A stretch of 64,000 nucleotides of DNA from the human T2T-CHM13v2.0 reference genome, Homo sapiens. The notes below the pieces were generated by a model. That model saw only the letters and a list, made by a program, of their open reading frames with translations, had not been told where the DNA came from and ran no database searches. Made by a program: the position numbers and the translations under genes. Location: assembly GCF_009914755.1 (NCBI RefSeq), contig NC_060948.1. One strand, 5' to 3'. Below are positions 21,116 through 42,872 of the stretch, piece by piece (within the stretch, counting starts at the first letter, position 1; each line of letters begins with the position of its first letter).

Positions 21116-23214
21116 AGATCCATATTTTGTAAATGAAAAAAAATTTCAAAGGTACTCTGCTTGGTACAATAATCAAATGTATAAACTGAGGAATAAAACA
21201 TAACCATGAAACCTACTTATAACTGCATATGGAAAATACAGAGGATAATTTTTTAAATAACATATTTTGAAAGCCTTAACTAGTAATTTGAAGAGTTGGC
21301 ATTTGAAAGGCCAGTATGAATATACCTTCAAAGCAGCAACACAGGTTCCCCATGAGAAAAAGCAAACTCAGGGAAAATAAAACCACAAAGGTTCAATCTC
21401 TTCTGACCTTTGAAAGACACAGCACAGACAGTGGTCCTTAGGACGAAGAGCAGGAGACCCCTAATTCCGTCACCATGGCGATAGGGCATAAACACTGCTG
21501 GGTGAGGGCACAATCCACATTGTGAGGTCCAACTGCTGCCAGGAAGACAGGAGTGCTTTTACATAGACCGAAAGGTCATTGAAGGCTCAGAGTTTTGTTT
21601 CAAGAACTGAATCCCAAGCCCACACGTTATTAGGCTGCGCTTCTTAAAACAAGTTATGAGATGGGAAAAAGGGCACCCACAAACATACGTATAAATTATG
21701 TATATAATAATATACAGTATCATATATATAATATATATAACCTATGTATAATATTGTTTTACATCCTGCATCTTATATTATATATATTGTATAAAATATA
21801 ATTATTGATAATATATAAATTTTATATTTATACAATATGACATATAGTATATATTATAATTTATGACATATATAATATATGTTATATATCATATACAGAA
21901 TATATTATACGGATAATATACGTATTAAATATAAATTATACATTATATATATTATATATAATATTTCTGTTATATATAATACCCATTATGCATAATATAT
22001 ATATTATGTGTATGTTATATATAGTATAAAACAACATATAATAATATATAATTGTATATATAAAATGCGACATATAATATATATTATATTTTATGACATA
22101 TGTTATAAATATTATATATTATATATAATACGTTGCATGTATAATACCTATATTAAATATATATTATATGACTATGTTATTAATTACATGTCACATATGT
22201 TATATATTATATATTTTACATAGAATATACCGGTTACTTACAATATATAATATGTTACCTATAATGTATAATATATTACATGTAAAATAAAGAATGCAAT
22301 ATATTATGTGTAATTTATAATATACAATATGTGGAATGTGATATATATAACATATAATATATGATATATGATATACAGTATATGATATATAACATAGAAT
22401 ATATGATACATAATATATATGGTATAAAATATATATTTTATGATATGTATTCTATATGTTTTATATTCTGTTATATATAAATATTTGAAATTATATATAA
22501 CTGTATAATATTTTATGTAAATATGTAATATAATATATAACTATGTAATATATTATATATAGCTATATATTATGTTATATATACTTTTATAACATAATTT
22601 TCATAAAATATCATAATATAATATATATTATATTATTTCATATTACATAATATATATTACATATCACCCAATATAAGTAACATACATAATATCATAATAT
22701 AGATTATATTATGTTATATTAAATATCATATATATCATGTATCATATATTCTATAATATATATTATACATTATATAATATGTATGTTGTCTATTATGTGA
22801 TATATATAACTATATATATAATTATATTATTATACGTATATCTAGATAAACATGTAATTCTACATATTTTCATTTATAATATATAGAATTACATAATCAT
22901 ATATAATTATATTCTATAAAAAATTATAACATTATATAAATTATAATATATAAAAATTCTAATATGTACTACAAATATATATATTATATATCATATATGA
23001 TATAGTACCTTTGTTATATATCATAATACATATAAATGTGTATTATGTTATCTATAATTATATAATTTCATATATAAGATGTATAATATTTATTATATAT
23101 TATAAATGTTATGTAATATATATAGTATATATAAGATGACACAGGATAAATATTATATACTATGACATATAAAATATATGAGGTTATATGTTACATATAA
23201 GGCATAGCACATAA

Positions 23215-23529
<315 letters not shown>

Positions 23530-25627
23530 AGATCCATATTTTGTAAATGAAAAAAAATTTCAAAGGTACTCTGCTTGGTACAATAATCAAATGTATAAAC
23601 TGAGGAATAAAACATAACCATGAAACCTACTTATAACTGCATATGGAAAATACAGAGGATAATTTTTTAAATAACATATTTTGAAAGCCTTAACTAGTAA
23701 TTTGAAGAGTTGGCATTTGAAAGGCCAGTATGAATATACCTTCAAAGCAGCAACACAGGTTCCCCATGAGAAAATGCAAACTCAGGGAAAATAAAACCAC
23801 AAAGGTTCAATCTCTTCTGACCTTTGAAAGACACAGCACAGACAGTGGTCCTTAGGACGAAGAGCAGGAGACCCCTAATTCCGTCACCATGGCGATAGGG
23901 CATAAACACTGCTGGGTGAGGGCACAATCCACATTGTGAGGTCCAACTGCTGCCAGGAAGACAGGAGTGCTTTTACATAGACCGAAAGGTCATTGAAGGC
24001 TCAGAGTTTTGTTTCAAGAACTGAATCCCAAGCCCACACGTTATTAGGCTGCGCTTCTTAAAACAAGTTATGAGATGGGAAAAAGGGCACCCACAAACAT
24101 ACGTATACATTATGTATATAATCATATACAGTATCATATATATAATATATATAACCTATGTATAATATTGTTTTACATCCTGCATCTTATATTATATATA
24201 TTGTGTAAAATATAATAATTGATAATATATAAGTTTTATATTTATACAATATGACATATAGTATATATTATAATTTATGACATATATAATATATGTTATA
24301 TATCATATATAGAATATATTATACGGTTAATATACGTATTAAATATAAATTATACATTATATATATTATATATAATATATCTGCTATATATAATACCCAT
24401 TATGCATAATATATATATTATGTCTATGTTATGTATAGTATAAAACAACATATAATAATATATAATTGTATATATAAAATGCGACATATAATATATATTT
24501 TATTTTATGACATCTGTAATATATATTATATATTATATATAATACGTTGTATGTATAATACCTATATTAAATATATATTATATGACTATGTTATTAATTA
24601 CATGTCACATATGTTATATATTATATATTTTACATAGAATATACCGGTTACATACAATATATACTATGTTACCTATAATGTATAATTTATTACATGTAAA
24701 ATAAAGAATGCAATATATTATGTGTAATTTATAATATACAATATGTGGAATGTGATATATATAACATATAATATATGATATATGATATACAGTATACGAT
24801 ATATAACATACAATATATGATACCTAATATATATGGTATACAATATATATTTTATGATATGTATTCTATATGTTTTATATTCTGTTATATATAACTATTT
24901 GAAATTATATATAACTGTATAATATTTTATGTAAATATGTAATATAATATATATAACTATATAATATATTATATATAACTATATATTATGTTATATATAC
25001 TTTCATAACTTTATTTACATAAAATATCATAGTATAATATATATTATATTACTTCATATTACATAATATATATTACATATCACCAAATATAAGTAACATA
25101 CATAATATTATAATATACATTATATTATGTTATATTAAATATAATATATATCATGTATCATATATTCTATAATATATATTACACATTATATAATATGCAT
25201 GTTGTCTATTATGTGATATATATAACTATATATATAATTATATTATTATACATATATCTAGATAAACATGTAATTCTACATATTTTTATTTATAATATAT
25301 AGAATTACATAATCATATATAATTATATTCTATAAAAAATTATATCATTATATAAATTATAATATATAAAAATTATAATATGTACTACAAATATATATAT
25401 TATATATCATATATGATATAGTACCTTTGTTATATATCATAATACATATAAATGTGTATTATGTTATCTATAATTATATAATTTCATATATAAGATGTAT
25501 AATTATTATATATTATAAATGTTATGTAATATATATAGTATATATAAGATGACACATGATAAATATTATATACTATGACATATAAAATATATGAGGTTAT
25601 ATGTTACATATAAGGCATAGCACATAA

Positions 25628-25942
<315 letters not shown>

Positions 25943-28047
25943 AGATCCATATTTTGTAAATGAAAAAAAATTTCAAAGGTACTCTGCTTGGTACAATAAT
26001 CAAATGTATAAACTGAGGAATAAAACATAACCATGAAACCTACTTATAACTGCATATGGAAAATACAGAGGATAATTTTTTAAATAACATATTTTGAAAG
26101 CCTTAACTAGTAATTTGAAGAGTTGGCATTTGAAAGGCCAGTATGAATATACCTTCAAAGCAGCAACACAGGTTCCCCATGAGAAAAAGCAAACTCAGGG
26201 AAAATAAAACCACAAAGGTTCAATCTCTTCTGACCTTTGAAAGACACAGCACAGACAGTGGTCCTTAGGACGAAGAGCAGGAGACCCCTAATTCCGTCAC
26301 CATGACGATAGGGCATAAACACTGCTGGGTGAGGGCACAATCCACATTGTGAGGTCCAACTGCTGCCAGGAAGACAGGAGTGCTTTTACATAGACCGAAA
26401 GGTCATTGAAGGCTCAGAGTTTTGTTTCAAGAACTGAATCCCAAGCCCACACGTTATTAGGCTGCGCTTCTTAAAACAAGTTATGAGATGGGAAAAAGGG
26501 CACTAACAAACATACGTATACATTATGTATATAATAATATACAGTATCATATATATAATATATATAACCTATGTATAATATTGTTTTACATCCTGCATCT
26601 TATATTATATATATTGTGTAAAATATAATAATTGATAATATATAAGTTTTATATTTATACAATATGACATATAGTATATATTATAATTTATGACATATAT
26701 AATATATGTTATATATCATATATAGAATATATTATACGGTTAATATACGTATTAAATATAAATTATACATTATATATATTATATATAATATATCTGCTAT
26801 ATATAATACCCATTATGCATAATATATATATTATGTCTATGTTATGTATAGTATAAAACAACATATAATAATATATAATTGTATATATAAAATGCGACAT
26901 ATAATATATATTATATTTTATGACATCTGTAATATATATTATATATTATATATAATACGTTGTATGTATAATAGCTATATTAAATATATATTATATGACT
27001 ATGTTATTAATTACATGTCACATATGTTATATATTATATATTATACATAGAATATACCGGTTATATACAATATATACTATGTTACCTATAATGTATAATT
27101 TATTACATGTAAAATAAAGAATGCAATATATTATGTGTAATTTATAATATACAATATGTGGAATGTGATATATATAACATATAATATATGATATATGATA
27201 TACAGTATATGATATATAACATACAATATATGATACCTAATATATATGGTATACAATATATATTTTATGATATGTATTCTAAATGTTTTATATTCTGTTA
27301 TATATAACTGTTTGAAATTATATATAACTGTATAATATTTTATGTAAATATGTAATATAATATATATAACTATATAATATATTATATATAACTATATATT
27401 ATGTTATATATACTTTTATAACTTTATTTACATAAAATATCATAGTATAATATATATTATATTACTTCATATTACATAATATATATTACATATCACCCAA
27501 TATAAGTAACATACATAATATTATAATATAGATTATATTATGTTATATTAAATATCATATATATCATGTATCATATATTCTATAATATGTATTATACATT
27601 ATATAATATGCATGTTGTCTATTATGTGATATATATAACTATATATATAATTATATGATTATACATATATCTAGATAAACATGTAATTCTACATGTTTTC
27701 ATTTATAATATATAGAATTACATAATCATATATAATTATTTATATTCTATAAAAAATTATATCATTATATAAATTATAATATATAAAAATTCTAATATGT
27801 ACTACAAATATATATATTATATATCATATATGATATAGTACCTTTGTTATATATCATAATACATATAAATCTGTATTATGTTATCTATAATTATATAATT
27901 TCATATATAAGATGTATAATATTTATTATATATTATAAATGTTATGTAATATATATAGTATATATAAGATGACACAGGATAAATATTATATACTATGACA
28001 TATAAAATATATGAGGTTATATGTTACATATAAGGCATAGCACATAA

Positions 28048-28362
<315 letters not shown>

Positions 28363-30467
28363 AGATCCATATTTTTTAAATGAAAAAAAATTTCAAAGGT
28401 ACTCTGCTTGGTACAATAATCAAATGTATAAACTGAGGAATAAAACATAAACATGAAACCTACTTATAACTGCATATGGAAAATACAGAGGATAATTTTT
28501 TAAATAACATATTTTGAAAGCCTTAACTAGTAATTTGAAGAGTTGGCATTTGAAAGGCCAGTATGAATATACCTTCAAAGCAGCAACACAGGTTCCCCAT
28601 GAGAAAAAGCAAACTCAGGGAAAATAAAACCACAAAGGTTCAATCTCTTCTGACCTTTGAAAGACACAGCACAGACAGTGGTCCTTAGGACGAAGAGCAG
28701 GAGACCCCTAATTCCGTCACCATGGCGATAGGGCATAAACACTGCTGGGTGAGGGCACAATCCACATTGTGAGGTCCAACTGCTGCCAGGAAGACAGGAG
28801 TGCTTTTACATAGACCGAAAGGTCATTGAAGGCTCAGAGTTTTGTTTCAAGAACTGAATCCCAAGCCCACACGTTATTAGGCTGCGCTTCTTAAAACAAG
28901 TTATGAGATGGGAAAAATGGCACTAACAAACATACGTATACATTATGTATATAATAATATACAGTATCATATATATAATATATATAACCTATGTATAATA
29001 TTGTTTTACATCCTGCATCTTATATTATATATATTGTGTAAAATATAATAATTGATAATATATAAGTTTTATATTTATACAATATGACATATAGTATATA
29101 TTATAATTTATGACATATATAATATATGTTATATATCATATATAGAATATATTATACGGTTAATATACGTATTAAATATAAATTATACATTATATATATT
29201 ATATATAATATATCTGCTATATATAATACCCATTATGCATAATATATATATTATGTCTATGTTATGTATAGTATAAAACAACATATAATAATATATAATT
29301 GTATATATAAAATGCGACATATAATATATATTATATTTTATGACATCTGTAATATATATTATATATTATATATAATACGTTGTATGTATAATAGCTATAT
29401 TAAATATATATTATATGACTATGTTATTAATTACATGTCACATATGTTATATATTATATATTATACATAGAATATACCGGTTATATACAATATATACTAT
29501 GTTACCTATAATGTATAATTTATTACATGTAAAATAAAGAATGCAATATATTATGTGTAATTTATAATATACAATATGTGGAATGTGATATATATAACAT
29601 ATAATATATGATATATGATATACAGTATATGATATATAACATACAATATATGATACCTAATATATATGGTATACAATATATATTTTATGATATGTATTCT
29701 AAATGTTTTATATTCTGTTATATATAACTGTTTGAAATTATATATAACTGTATAATATTTTACGTAAATATGTAATATAATATATATAACTATATAATAT
29801 ATTATATATAACTATATATTATGTTATATATACTTTTATAACTTTATTTACATAAAATATCATAGTATAATATATATTATATTACTTCATATTACATAAT
29901 ATATATTACATATCACCCAATATAAGTAACATACATAATATTATAATATAGATTATATTATGTTATATTAAATATCATATATATCATGTATCATATATTC
30001 TATAATATGTATTATACATTATATAATATGCATGTTGTCTATTATGTGATATATATAACTATATATATAATTATATGATTATACATATATCTAGATAAAC
30101 ATGTAATTCTACATATTTTCATTTATAATATATAGAATCACATAATCATATATAATTATTTATATTCTATAAAAAATTATATCATTATATAAATTATAAT
30201 ATATAAAAATTATAATATGTACTACAAATATATATATTATATATCATATATGATATAGTACCTTTGTTATATATCATAATACATATAAATGTGTATTATG
30301 TTATCTATAATTATATAATTTCATATATAAGATGTATAATATTTATTATATATTATATATGTTATGAAATATATATAGTATATATAAGATGACACAGGAT
30401 AAATATTATATACTATGACATATAAGATATATGAGGTTATATGTTACATATAAGGCATAGCACATAA

Positions 30468-30782
<315 letters not shown>

Positions 30783-32883
30783 AGATCCATATTTTTTAAA
30801 TGAAAAAAAATTTCAAAGGTACTCTGCTTGGTACAATAATCAAATGTATAAACTGAGGAATAAAACATAACCATGAAACCTACTTATAACTGCATATGGA
30901 AAATACAGAGGATAATTTTTTAAATAATATATTTTGAAAGCCTTAACTAGTAATTTGAAGAGTTGGCATTTGAAAGGCCAGTATGAATATACCTTCAAAG
31001 CAGCAACACAGGTTCCCCATGAGAAAAAGCAAACTCAGGGAAAATAAAACCACAAAGGTTCAATCTCTTCTGACCTTTGAAAGACACAGCACAGACAGTG
31101 GTCCTTAGGACGAAGAGCAGGAGACCCCTAATTCCGTCACCATGGCGATAGGGCATAAAAACTGCTGGGTGAGGGCACAATCCACATTGTGAGGTCCAAC
31201 TGCTGCCAGGAAGACAGGAGTGCTTTTACATAGACCGAAAGGTCATTGAAGGCTCAGAGTTTTGTTTCAAGAACTGAATCCCAAGCCCACACGTTATTAG
31301 GCTGCGCTTCTTAAAACAAGTTATGAGATGGGAAAAAGGGCACCCACAAACATACGTATACATTATGTATATAATAATATACAGTATCATATATATAATA
31401 TATATAACCTATGTATAATATTGTTTTACATCCTGCATCTTATATTATATATATTGTGTAAAATATAATAATTGATAATATATAAGTTTTATATTTATAC
31501 AATATGACATATAGTATATATTATAATTTATGACATATATAATATATGTTATATATCATATATAGAATATATTATACGGTTAATATACGTATTAAATATA
31601 AATTATACATTATATATATTATATATAATATATCTGCTATATATAATACCCATTATGCATAATATATATATTATGTCTATGTTATGTATAGTATAAAACA
31701 ACATATAATAATATATAATTGTATATATAAAATGCGACATATAATATATATTATATTTTATGACATCTGTAATATATATTATATATTATATATAATACGT
31801 TGTATGTATAATACCTATATTAAATATATATTATATGACTATGTTATTAATTACATGTCACATATGTTATATATTATATATTTTACATAGAATATACCGG
31901 TTACATACAATATATACTATGTTACCTATAATGTATAATTTATTACATGTAAAATAAAGAATGCAATATATTATGTGTAATTTATAATATACAATATGTG
32001 GAATGTGATATATATAACATATAATATATGATATATGATATACAGTATACGATATATAACATACAATATATGATACCTAATATATATGGTATACAATATA
32101 TATTTTATGATATGTATTCTATATGTTTTATATTCTGTTATATATAACTATTTGAAATTATATATAACTGTATAATATTTTATGTAAATATGTAATATAA
32201 TATATATAACTATATAATATATTATATATAACTATATATTATGTTATATATACTTTCATAACTTTATTTACATAAAATATCATAGTATAATATATATTAT
32301 ATTACTTCATATTACATAATATATATTACATATCACCCAATATAAGTAACATACATAATATTATAATATACATTATATTATGTTATATTAAATATCATAT
32401 ATATCATGTATCATATATTCTATAATATATATAACACATTATATAATATGCATGTTGTCTATTATGTGATATATATAACTATATATATAATTATATTATA
32501 ATACATATATCTAGATAAACATGTAATTCTACATATTTTCATTTATAATATATAGAATTACATAATCATATATAATTATATTCTATAAAAAATTATATCA
32601 TTATATAAATTATAATATATAAAAATTATAATATGTACTACAAATATATATATTATATATCATATATGATATAGTACCTTTGTTATATATCATAATACAT
32701 ATAAATGTGTATTATGTTATCTATAATTATATAATTTCATATATAAGATGTATAATATTTATTATATATTATATATGTTATGTAATATATATAGTATATA
32801 TAAGATGACACAGGATAAATATTATATACTATGACATATAAGATATATGAGGTTATATGTTACATATAAGGCATAGCACATAA

Positions 32884-33198
<315 letters not shown>

Positions 33199-35303
33199 AG
33201 ATCCATATTTTTTAAATGAAAAAAAATTTCAAAGGTACTCTGCTTGGTACAATAATCAAATGTATAAACTGAGGAATAAAACATAACCATGAAACCTACT
33301 TATAACTGCATATGGAAAATACAGAGGATAATTTTTTAAATAATATATTTTGAAAGCCTTAACTAGTAATTTGAAGAGTTGGCATTTGAAAGGCCAGTAT
33401 GAATATACCTTCAAAGCAGCAACACAGGTTCCCCATGAGAAAAAGCAAACTCAGGGAAAATAAAACCACAAAGGTTCAATCTCTTCTGACCTTTGAAAGA
33501 CACAGCACAGACAGTGGTCCTTAGGACGAAGAGCAGGAGACCCCTAATTCCGTCACCATGGCGATAGGGCATAAACACTGCTGGGTGAGGGCACAATCCA
33601 CATTGTGAGGTCCAACTGCTGCCAGGAAGACAGGAGTGCTTTTACATAGACCGAAAGGTCATTGAAGGCTCAGAGTTTTGTTTCAAGAACTGAATCCCAA
33701 GCCCACACGTTATTAGGCTGCGCTTCTTAAAACAAGTTATGAGATGGGAAAAAGGGCACCCACAAACATACGTATACATTATGTATATAATAATATACAG
33801 TATCATATATATAATATATATAACCTATGTATAATATTGTTTTACATCCTGCATCTTATATTATATATATTGTATAAAATATAATAATTGATAATATATA
33901 AGTTTTATATATATACAATATGACATATAGTATATATTATAATTTATGACATATATAATATATGTTATATATCATATATTGAATATATTATACGGTTAAT
34001 ATACGTATTAAATATAAATTATACATTATATGTATTATATATAATATATCTGCTATATATAATACCCATTATGCATAATATATATATTATGTCTATGTTA
34101 TATATAGTATAAAACAACATATAATAATATATAATTGTATATATAAAATGTGACATATAATATATATTATATTTTATGACATAGGTAATATATATTATAT
34201 ATTATATATAATACGTTGTATGTATAATACCTATATTAAATATATATTATATGACTATGTTATTAATTACATGTCACATATGTTATATATTATATATTTT
34301 ACATAGAATATGCCGGTTACATACAATATATACTATGTTACCCATAATGAATAATTTATTACATGTAAAATAAAGAATGCAATATATTATGTATAATTTA
34401 TAATATACAATATGTGGAATGTGATACATATAACATATAATATATGATATATGATATACAGTATATGATATATAACATACAATATATGATACCTAATATA
34501 TATGGAATATAATTTATATTTTATGATATGTATCCTATATGTTTTATATTCTGTTATATATAACTATTTGAAATTATATATAACTGTATAATATTTTATG
34601 TCAATATGTAATATAATATATACAACTATATAATATATTATATATAACTATATATTATGTTATATATACTTTTATAACATAATTTACATAAAATATCATA
34701 ATAAAATATATGTTATATTATTTCACATTACGTAATGTATATTACATATCACCCAATATAAGTAACATACATAATATTATAATATAGATTATATTATGTT
34801 ATATTAAATCTCATATATATCATGTATCATATATTCTATAATATATATTATACATTATATAATATGTATGTTGTCTATTATGTGAGATATATAACTATAT
34901 ATATAATTATATTATTATACATATAACTAGATAAACATATAATTCTACATATTTTCCTTTATAATATATAGAATTATATAATCATATATAATTATTTATA
35001 TTCTATAAAAAATTATATCATTATATAAATTATAATATATAAAAAGTATAATATGTACTACAAATATATATGTTATATATCATATATGATATTGTACCTT
35101 TGTTATATATCATAATACATATAAATGTGTATTATGTTATCTATAATTATATAATTTCATTTATAAGATGTATAATATGTATTATATATTATATACGTTA
35201 TGTAATATATATAGTATATTTAACCTGACACAGGATAAATATTATATACTATGACATATAAAATATATGAGGTTATATGTTACATATAAGGCATAGCATA
35301 TAA

Positions 35304-35619
<316 letters not shown>

Positions 35620-37743
35620 AGATCCATATTTTTTAAATGAAAAAAATTTCAAAGGTACTCTGCTTGGTACAATAATCAAATGTATAAACTGAGGAATAAA
35701 ACATAACCATGAAACCTACTTATAACTGCATATGGAAAATACAGAGGATAATTTTTTAAATAACATATTTTGAAAGCCTTAACTAGTAATATGAAGAGTT
35801 GGCATTTGAAAGGCCAGTATGAATATACCTTCAAAGCAGCAACACAGGTTCCCCATGAGAAAAAGCAAACTCAGGGAAAATAAAACCACAAAGGTTCAAT
35901 CTCTTCTGACCTTTGAAAGACACAGCACAGACAGTGGTCCTTAGGACGAAGAGCAGGAGACCCCTAATTCCGTCACCATGACGATAGGGCATAAACATTG
36001 CTGGGTGAGGGCACAATCCACATTGTGAGGTCCAACTGCTGCCAGGAAGACAAGAGTGCTTTTACATAGACCTAAAGGTCATTGAAGGCTCAGAGTTTTG
36101 TTTCAAGAACTGAATCCCAAGCCCACACGTTATTAGGCTGCGCTTCTTAAAACAAGTTATGAGATGGGAAAAAGGGCACCCACAAACATACGTATACATT
36201 ATGTATATAATAATATACAGTATCATATATATAATATATATAACCTATGTATAATATTGTTTTACATCCTGCATCTTATATTATATATATTGTATAAAAT
36301 ATAATAATTGATAATATATGTTTTATATTTTTACAATATGACATATAGTATATATTATAATTTATGACATATATAATATATGTTATATATCATATATAGA
36401 ATATATTATACGGTTAATATACGTAATAAATATAAATTATACATTATATATATTATATATAATATATCTGCTATATATAATACCCATTATGCATAATATA
36501 TATATTATGTCTATGTTATATATAGTATAAAACAACATATAATAATATATAATTGTATATATAAAATACGACATATAATATATATTATATTTTATGACAT
36601 ATGTAATATATATTATATATTATATGTAATACGTTGTATGTATAATACTTATATTAAATATATATTATATGACTATGTTATTAATTACATGTCACAGGTG
36701 TTATATATTATTTATTTTACACAGAATATACCGGTTACATACAATATATACTATGTTACCTACAATGTATAATTTATTACATGTAAAATAAAGAATGCAA
36801 TATATTATGTATAATTTATAATATACAATATGTGGATTGTGATATATATAACATATAATTTATGATATAGGATATACAGTATATGGTATATAACATACAA
36901 TATATGATACCTAATATATATGGTATACAATATATATTTTATGATATGTATTCCCTATGTTTTATATTCTGTTATATATAACTATTTGAAATTATATATA
37001 ACTGTATAATATTTTATGTAAATATGTAATATAATATATATAAAAATATAATATATTATATATAACTATATATTATGTTATATATACTTTTATAACATAA
37101 TTTACATTAAATATCATAATATAATATATATTATATTATTTCATATTACATAATATATATTACATATCACCCAATATAAGTAACATACATAATATTATAA
37201 TATAGATTATATTATGTTATATTAAATATCATATATATCATGTATCATATATTCTATTATATATATTATACATTATATAATATGTATGTTGTCTATTATG
37301 TGATATATATAACTATATATATAATTATATTATTATACATATAACTAGATAAACATGTAATTCTACATATTTTCATTTACAATATATATAATTATATAAT
37401 CATATATAATTATTTATATTCTATAAAAAATTATATCATCATATAAATTATAATATATAAAAATTATAATATGTACTACAAATATATATATTATATATCA
37501 TATATGATATAGTACCTTGTTATATATCATAATACATATAAATGTGTATTATGTTATCTATAATTATATAATTTCACATATAAGATGTATAATATGTATT
37601 ATATATTATATATGTTATGTAATATATATAGTATATATAAGATGACACAGGATAAATATTATATACTATGACATATAAAATATATGAGGTTATATGTTAC
37701 ATATAAGGCATAGCACATAACATGTAATATATATCATATATAA

Positions 37744-38035
<292 letters not shown>

Positions 38036-40163
38036 AGATCCATATTTTTTAAATGAAAAAAAATTTCAAAGGTACTCTGCTTGGTACAATAATCAAATGT
38101 ATAAACTGAGGAATAAAACATAACCATGAAACCTACTTATAACTGCATAGGGAAAATACAGAGGATAATTTTTTAAATAACATAGTTTGAAAGCCTTAAC
38201 TAGTAATTTGAAGAGTTGGCATTTGAAAGGCCAGTATGAATATACCTTCAAAGCAGCAACACAGGTTCCCCATGAGAAAAAGCAAACTCAGGGAAAATAA
38301 AACCACAAAGGTTCAATCTCTTCTGACCTTTGAAAGACACAGCACAGACAGTGGTCCTTAGGACGAAGAGCAGGAGACCCCTAATTCCGTCACCATGGCG
38401 ATAGGGCATAAACATTGCTGGGTGAGGGCACAATCCACATTGTGAGGTCCAACTGCTGCCAGGAAGACAGGAGTGCTTTTACATAGACCGAAAGGTCATT
38501 GAAGGCTCAGAGTTTTGTTTCAAGAACTGAATCCCAAGCCCACGCGTTATTAGGCTGCGCTTCTTAAAACAAGTTATGAGATGGGAAAAAGGGCACCCAC
38601 AAAAATACGTATACATTATGTATATAATAATATACAGTATCATATATATAATATATATAACCCATGTATAATATTGTTTTACATCCTGCATCTTATATTA
38701 TATATATTGTATAAAATATAATAATTGATAATATATAAGTTTTATATTTATACAATATGACATATAGTATATATTATAATTTATGACATATATAATATAT
38801 GTTATATATCATATATAGAATATATTATACGGTTAATATACGTATTAAATATAAATTATACATTATATATATTATATATAATATATCTGCTATATATAAT
38901 ACCCATTATGCATAATATATATATTATGTCTATGTTATATATAGTATAAAACAAAATATAATAATATATAATTGTATATATAAAATGCGACATATAATAT
39001 ATATTATATTTTATGACATATGTAATATATATCATATATTATATATAATACGTTGTATGTATAATACCTATAATAAATATATATTATATGACTATGTTAT
39101 TAATTACATGTCACATGTGTTATATATTATTTATTTTACACAGAATATACCGGTTACATACAATATATACTATGTTACCTACAATGTATAATTTATTACA
39201 TGTAAAATAAAGAATGCAATATATTATGTATAATTTATAATATACAATATGTGGAATGTGATATATATAACATATAATATATGATATAGGATATACAGTA
39301 TATGGTATATAACATACAATATATGATACCTAATATATATGGTATACAATATATATTTTATGATATGTATTCCCTATGTTTTATATTCTGTTATATATAA
39401 CTATTTGAAATTATATATAACTGTATAATATTTTATGTAAATATGTAATATAATATATATAAAAATATAATATATTATATATAACTATATATTATGTTAT
39501 ATATACTTTTATAACATAATTTACATAAAATATCATAATATAATATATATTATATTATTTCATATTACATAATATATATTACATATCACCCAATATAAGT
39601 AACATACATAATATTATAATATAGATTATATTATGTTATATTAAATATCATATATATCATGTATCATATATTCTATAATATATATTATACATTATATAAT
39701 ATGTATGTTGTCTATTATGTGATATATATAACTATATATATAATTATATTATTATACATATAACTAGATAAACATGTAATTCTACATATTTTCATTTATA
39801 ATATATAGAATTATATAATCATATATAATTATTTATATTCTATAAAAAATTATATCATCATATAAATTATAATATATAAAAATTATAATATGTACTACAA
39901 ATATATATATTATATATCATATATGATATAGTACCTTTGTTATATATCATAATACATATAAATGTGTATTATGTTATCTATAATTATATAATTTTATATA
40001 TAAGATGTATAATATGTATTATATATTATATATGTTATGTAATATATATAGTATATATAAGACGACACAGGATAAATATTATATACTATGACATATAAAA
40101 TATATGAGGTTATATGTTACATATAAGGCATAGCACATAACATGTAATATATATCATATATAA

Positions 40164-40455
<292 letters not shown>

Positions 40456-42558
40456 AGATCCATATTTTTTAAATGAAAAAAAATTTCAAAGGTACTCTGC
40501 TTGGTACAATAATCAAATGTATAAACTGAGGAATAAAACATAACCATGAAACCTACTGATAACTGCATATGGAAAATACAGAGGATAATTTTTTAAATAA
40601 CATATTTTGAAAGCCTTAACTAGTAATTTGAAGAGTTGGCATTTGAAATGCCAGTATGAATATACCTTCAAAGCAGCAACACAGGTTCCCCATGAGAAAA
40701 AGCAAACTCAGGGAAAATAAAACCACAAAGGTTCAATCTCTTCTGACCTTTGAAAGACACAGCACAGACAGTGGTCCTTAGGATGAAGAGCAGGAGACCC
40801 CTAATTCCGTCACCATGGCGATAGGGCATAAACATTGCTGGGTGAGGGCACAGTCCACATTGTGAGGTCCAACTGCTGCCAGGAAGACAGGAATGCTTTT
40901 ACATAGACCGAAAGGTCATTGAAGGCTCAGAGTTTTCTTTCAAGAACTGAATCCCAAGCCCACACGTTATTAGGCTGCGCTTCTTAAAACAAGTTATGAG
41001 ATGGGAAAAAGGGCACCCACAAACATACGTATACATTATGTATATAATAATATACAGTATCATATATGTAATATATATAACCTATGTATAATATTGTTTT
41101 ACATCCTGCATCTTATGTTCTATATATTGTATAAAATATAATAATTGATAATATATAAGTTTTATATTTATACAATATGACATATAGTATATATTATAAT
41201 TTATGACATATATAATATAAGCTATATATCATATATAGAATATATTATATGGTTAATATACGTATTAAATATAAATTATACATTATATATATTATATATA
41301 ATATATCTGTTATATATAATACCCATTATGCATAATATATATATTATGTCTATGTTATATATAGTATAAAACAACATATAATAATATATAATTGTATATA
41401 TAAAATGCGACATATAATATATATTATATATTATAACTTATGTAATATATATTATATATTATATATAATACGTTGTATGTATAATACCCATATTAAATAT
41501 ATATTATATGACTATGTTATTAATTACATGTCACATGAGTTATATATTATATATTTTACATAGAATATACCGGTTACATACAATATATACTATGTTACCT
41601 ACAATGTATAATTTATTACATGTAAAATAAAGAATGCAGTATATTATGTATAATTTATAATATACAATATGTGGAATGTGATATATATAACATATAATAT
41701 ATGATATATGATATACAGTATATGATATATAACATACAATATGTGATTCTTAATATATATGGTATACAATATATATTTTATGATATGTATTCTATATGTT
41801 TTATATTCTGTTATATATAACTATTTGAAATTATATATAACTGTATAATATTTTATGTAAATATGTAATATAATATATATAACTATATAATATATTATAT
41901 ATAACTATATATTATGTTATATATACTTTTATAACATAATTTACATAAAATATCATAATATAATGTATAATATATTATTTCATATTACATAATATATATT
42001 ACATAGTACCCAATATAAGTAACATACGTAATATTATAATATAGATTATATTATGTTATATTAAATATCATATATATCATGTATCATATATTCTATAATA
42101 TATATTACACATTATATAATATGTATGTTGTCTATTATGTGATATATATAACTATATATATAATTATATTATTTTACATATAACTAGATAAACATGTAAT
42201 TCTACATATTTTCATTTATAATATATAGAATTATATAATCATATATAATTATTTATATTCTATAAAAAATTATGTCATTATATAAATTATAATATATAAA
42301 AATTATAATATGTACTACAAATATATATATTATATATCATATATGATATAGTACCTTTGTTATATATCATAATACATATAAATGTGTATTGTTATCTATA
42401 ATTATATAATTTCATATATAAGATGTATAATATGTATCATATATTATATAAGTTATGTAATATATATAGTATATATAAGATGACACAGGGTAAATATTTT
42501 AAACTATGACATATAAAATATATGAGGTTATATGTTACATATAAGGCATAGCACATAA

Positions 42559-42872
<314 letters not shown>
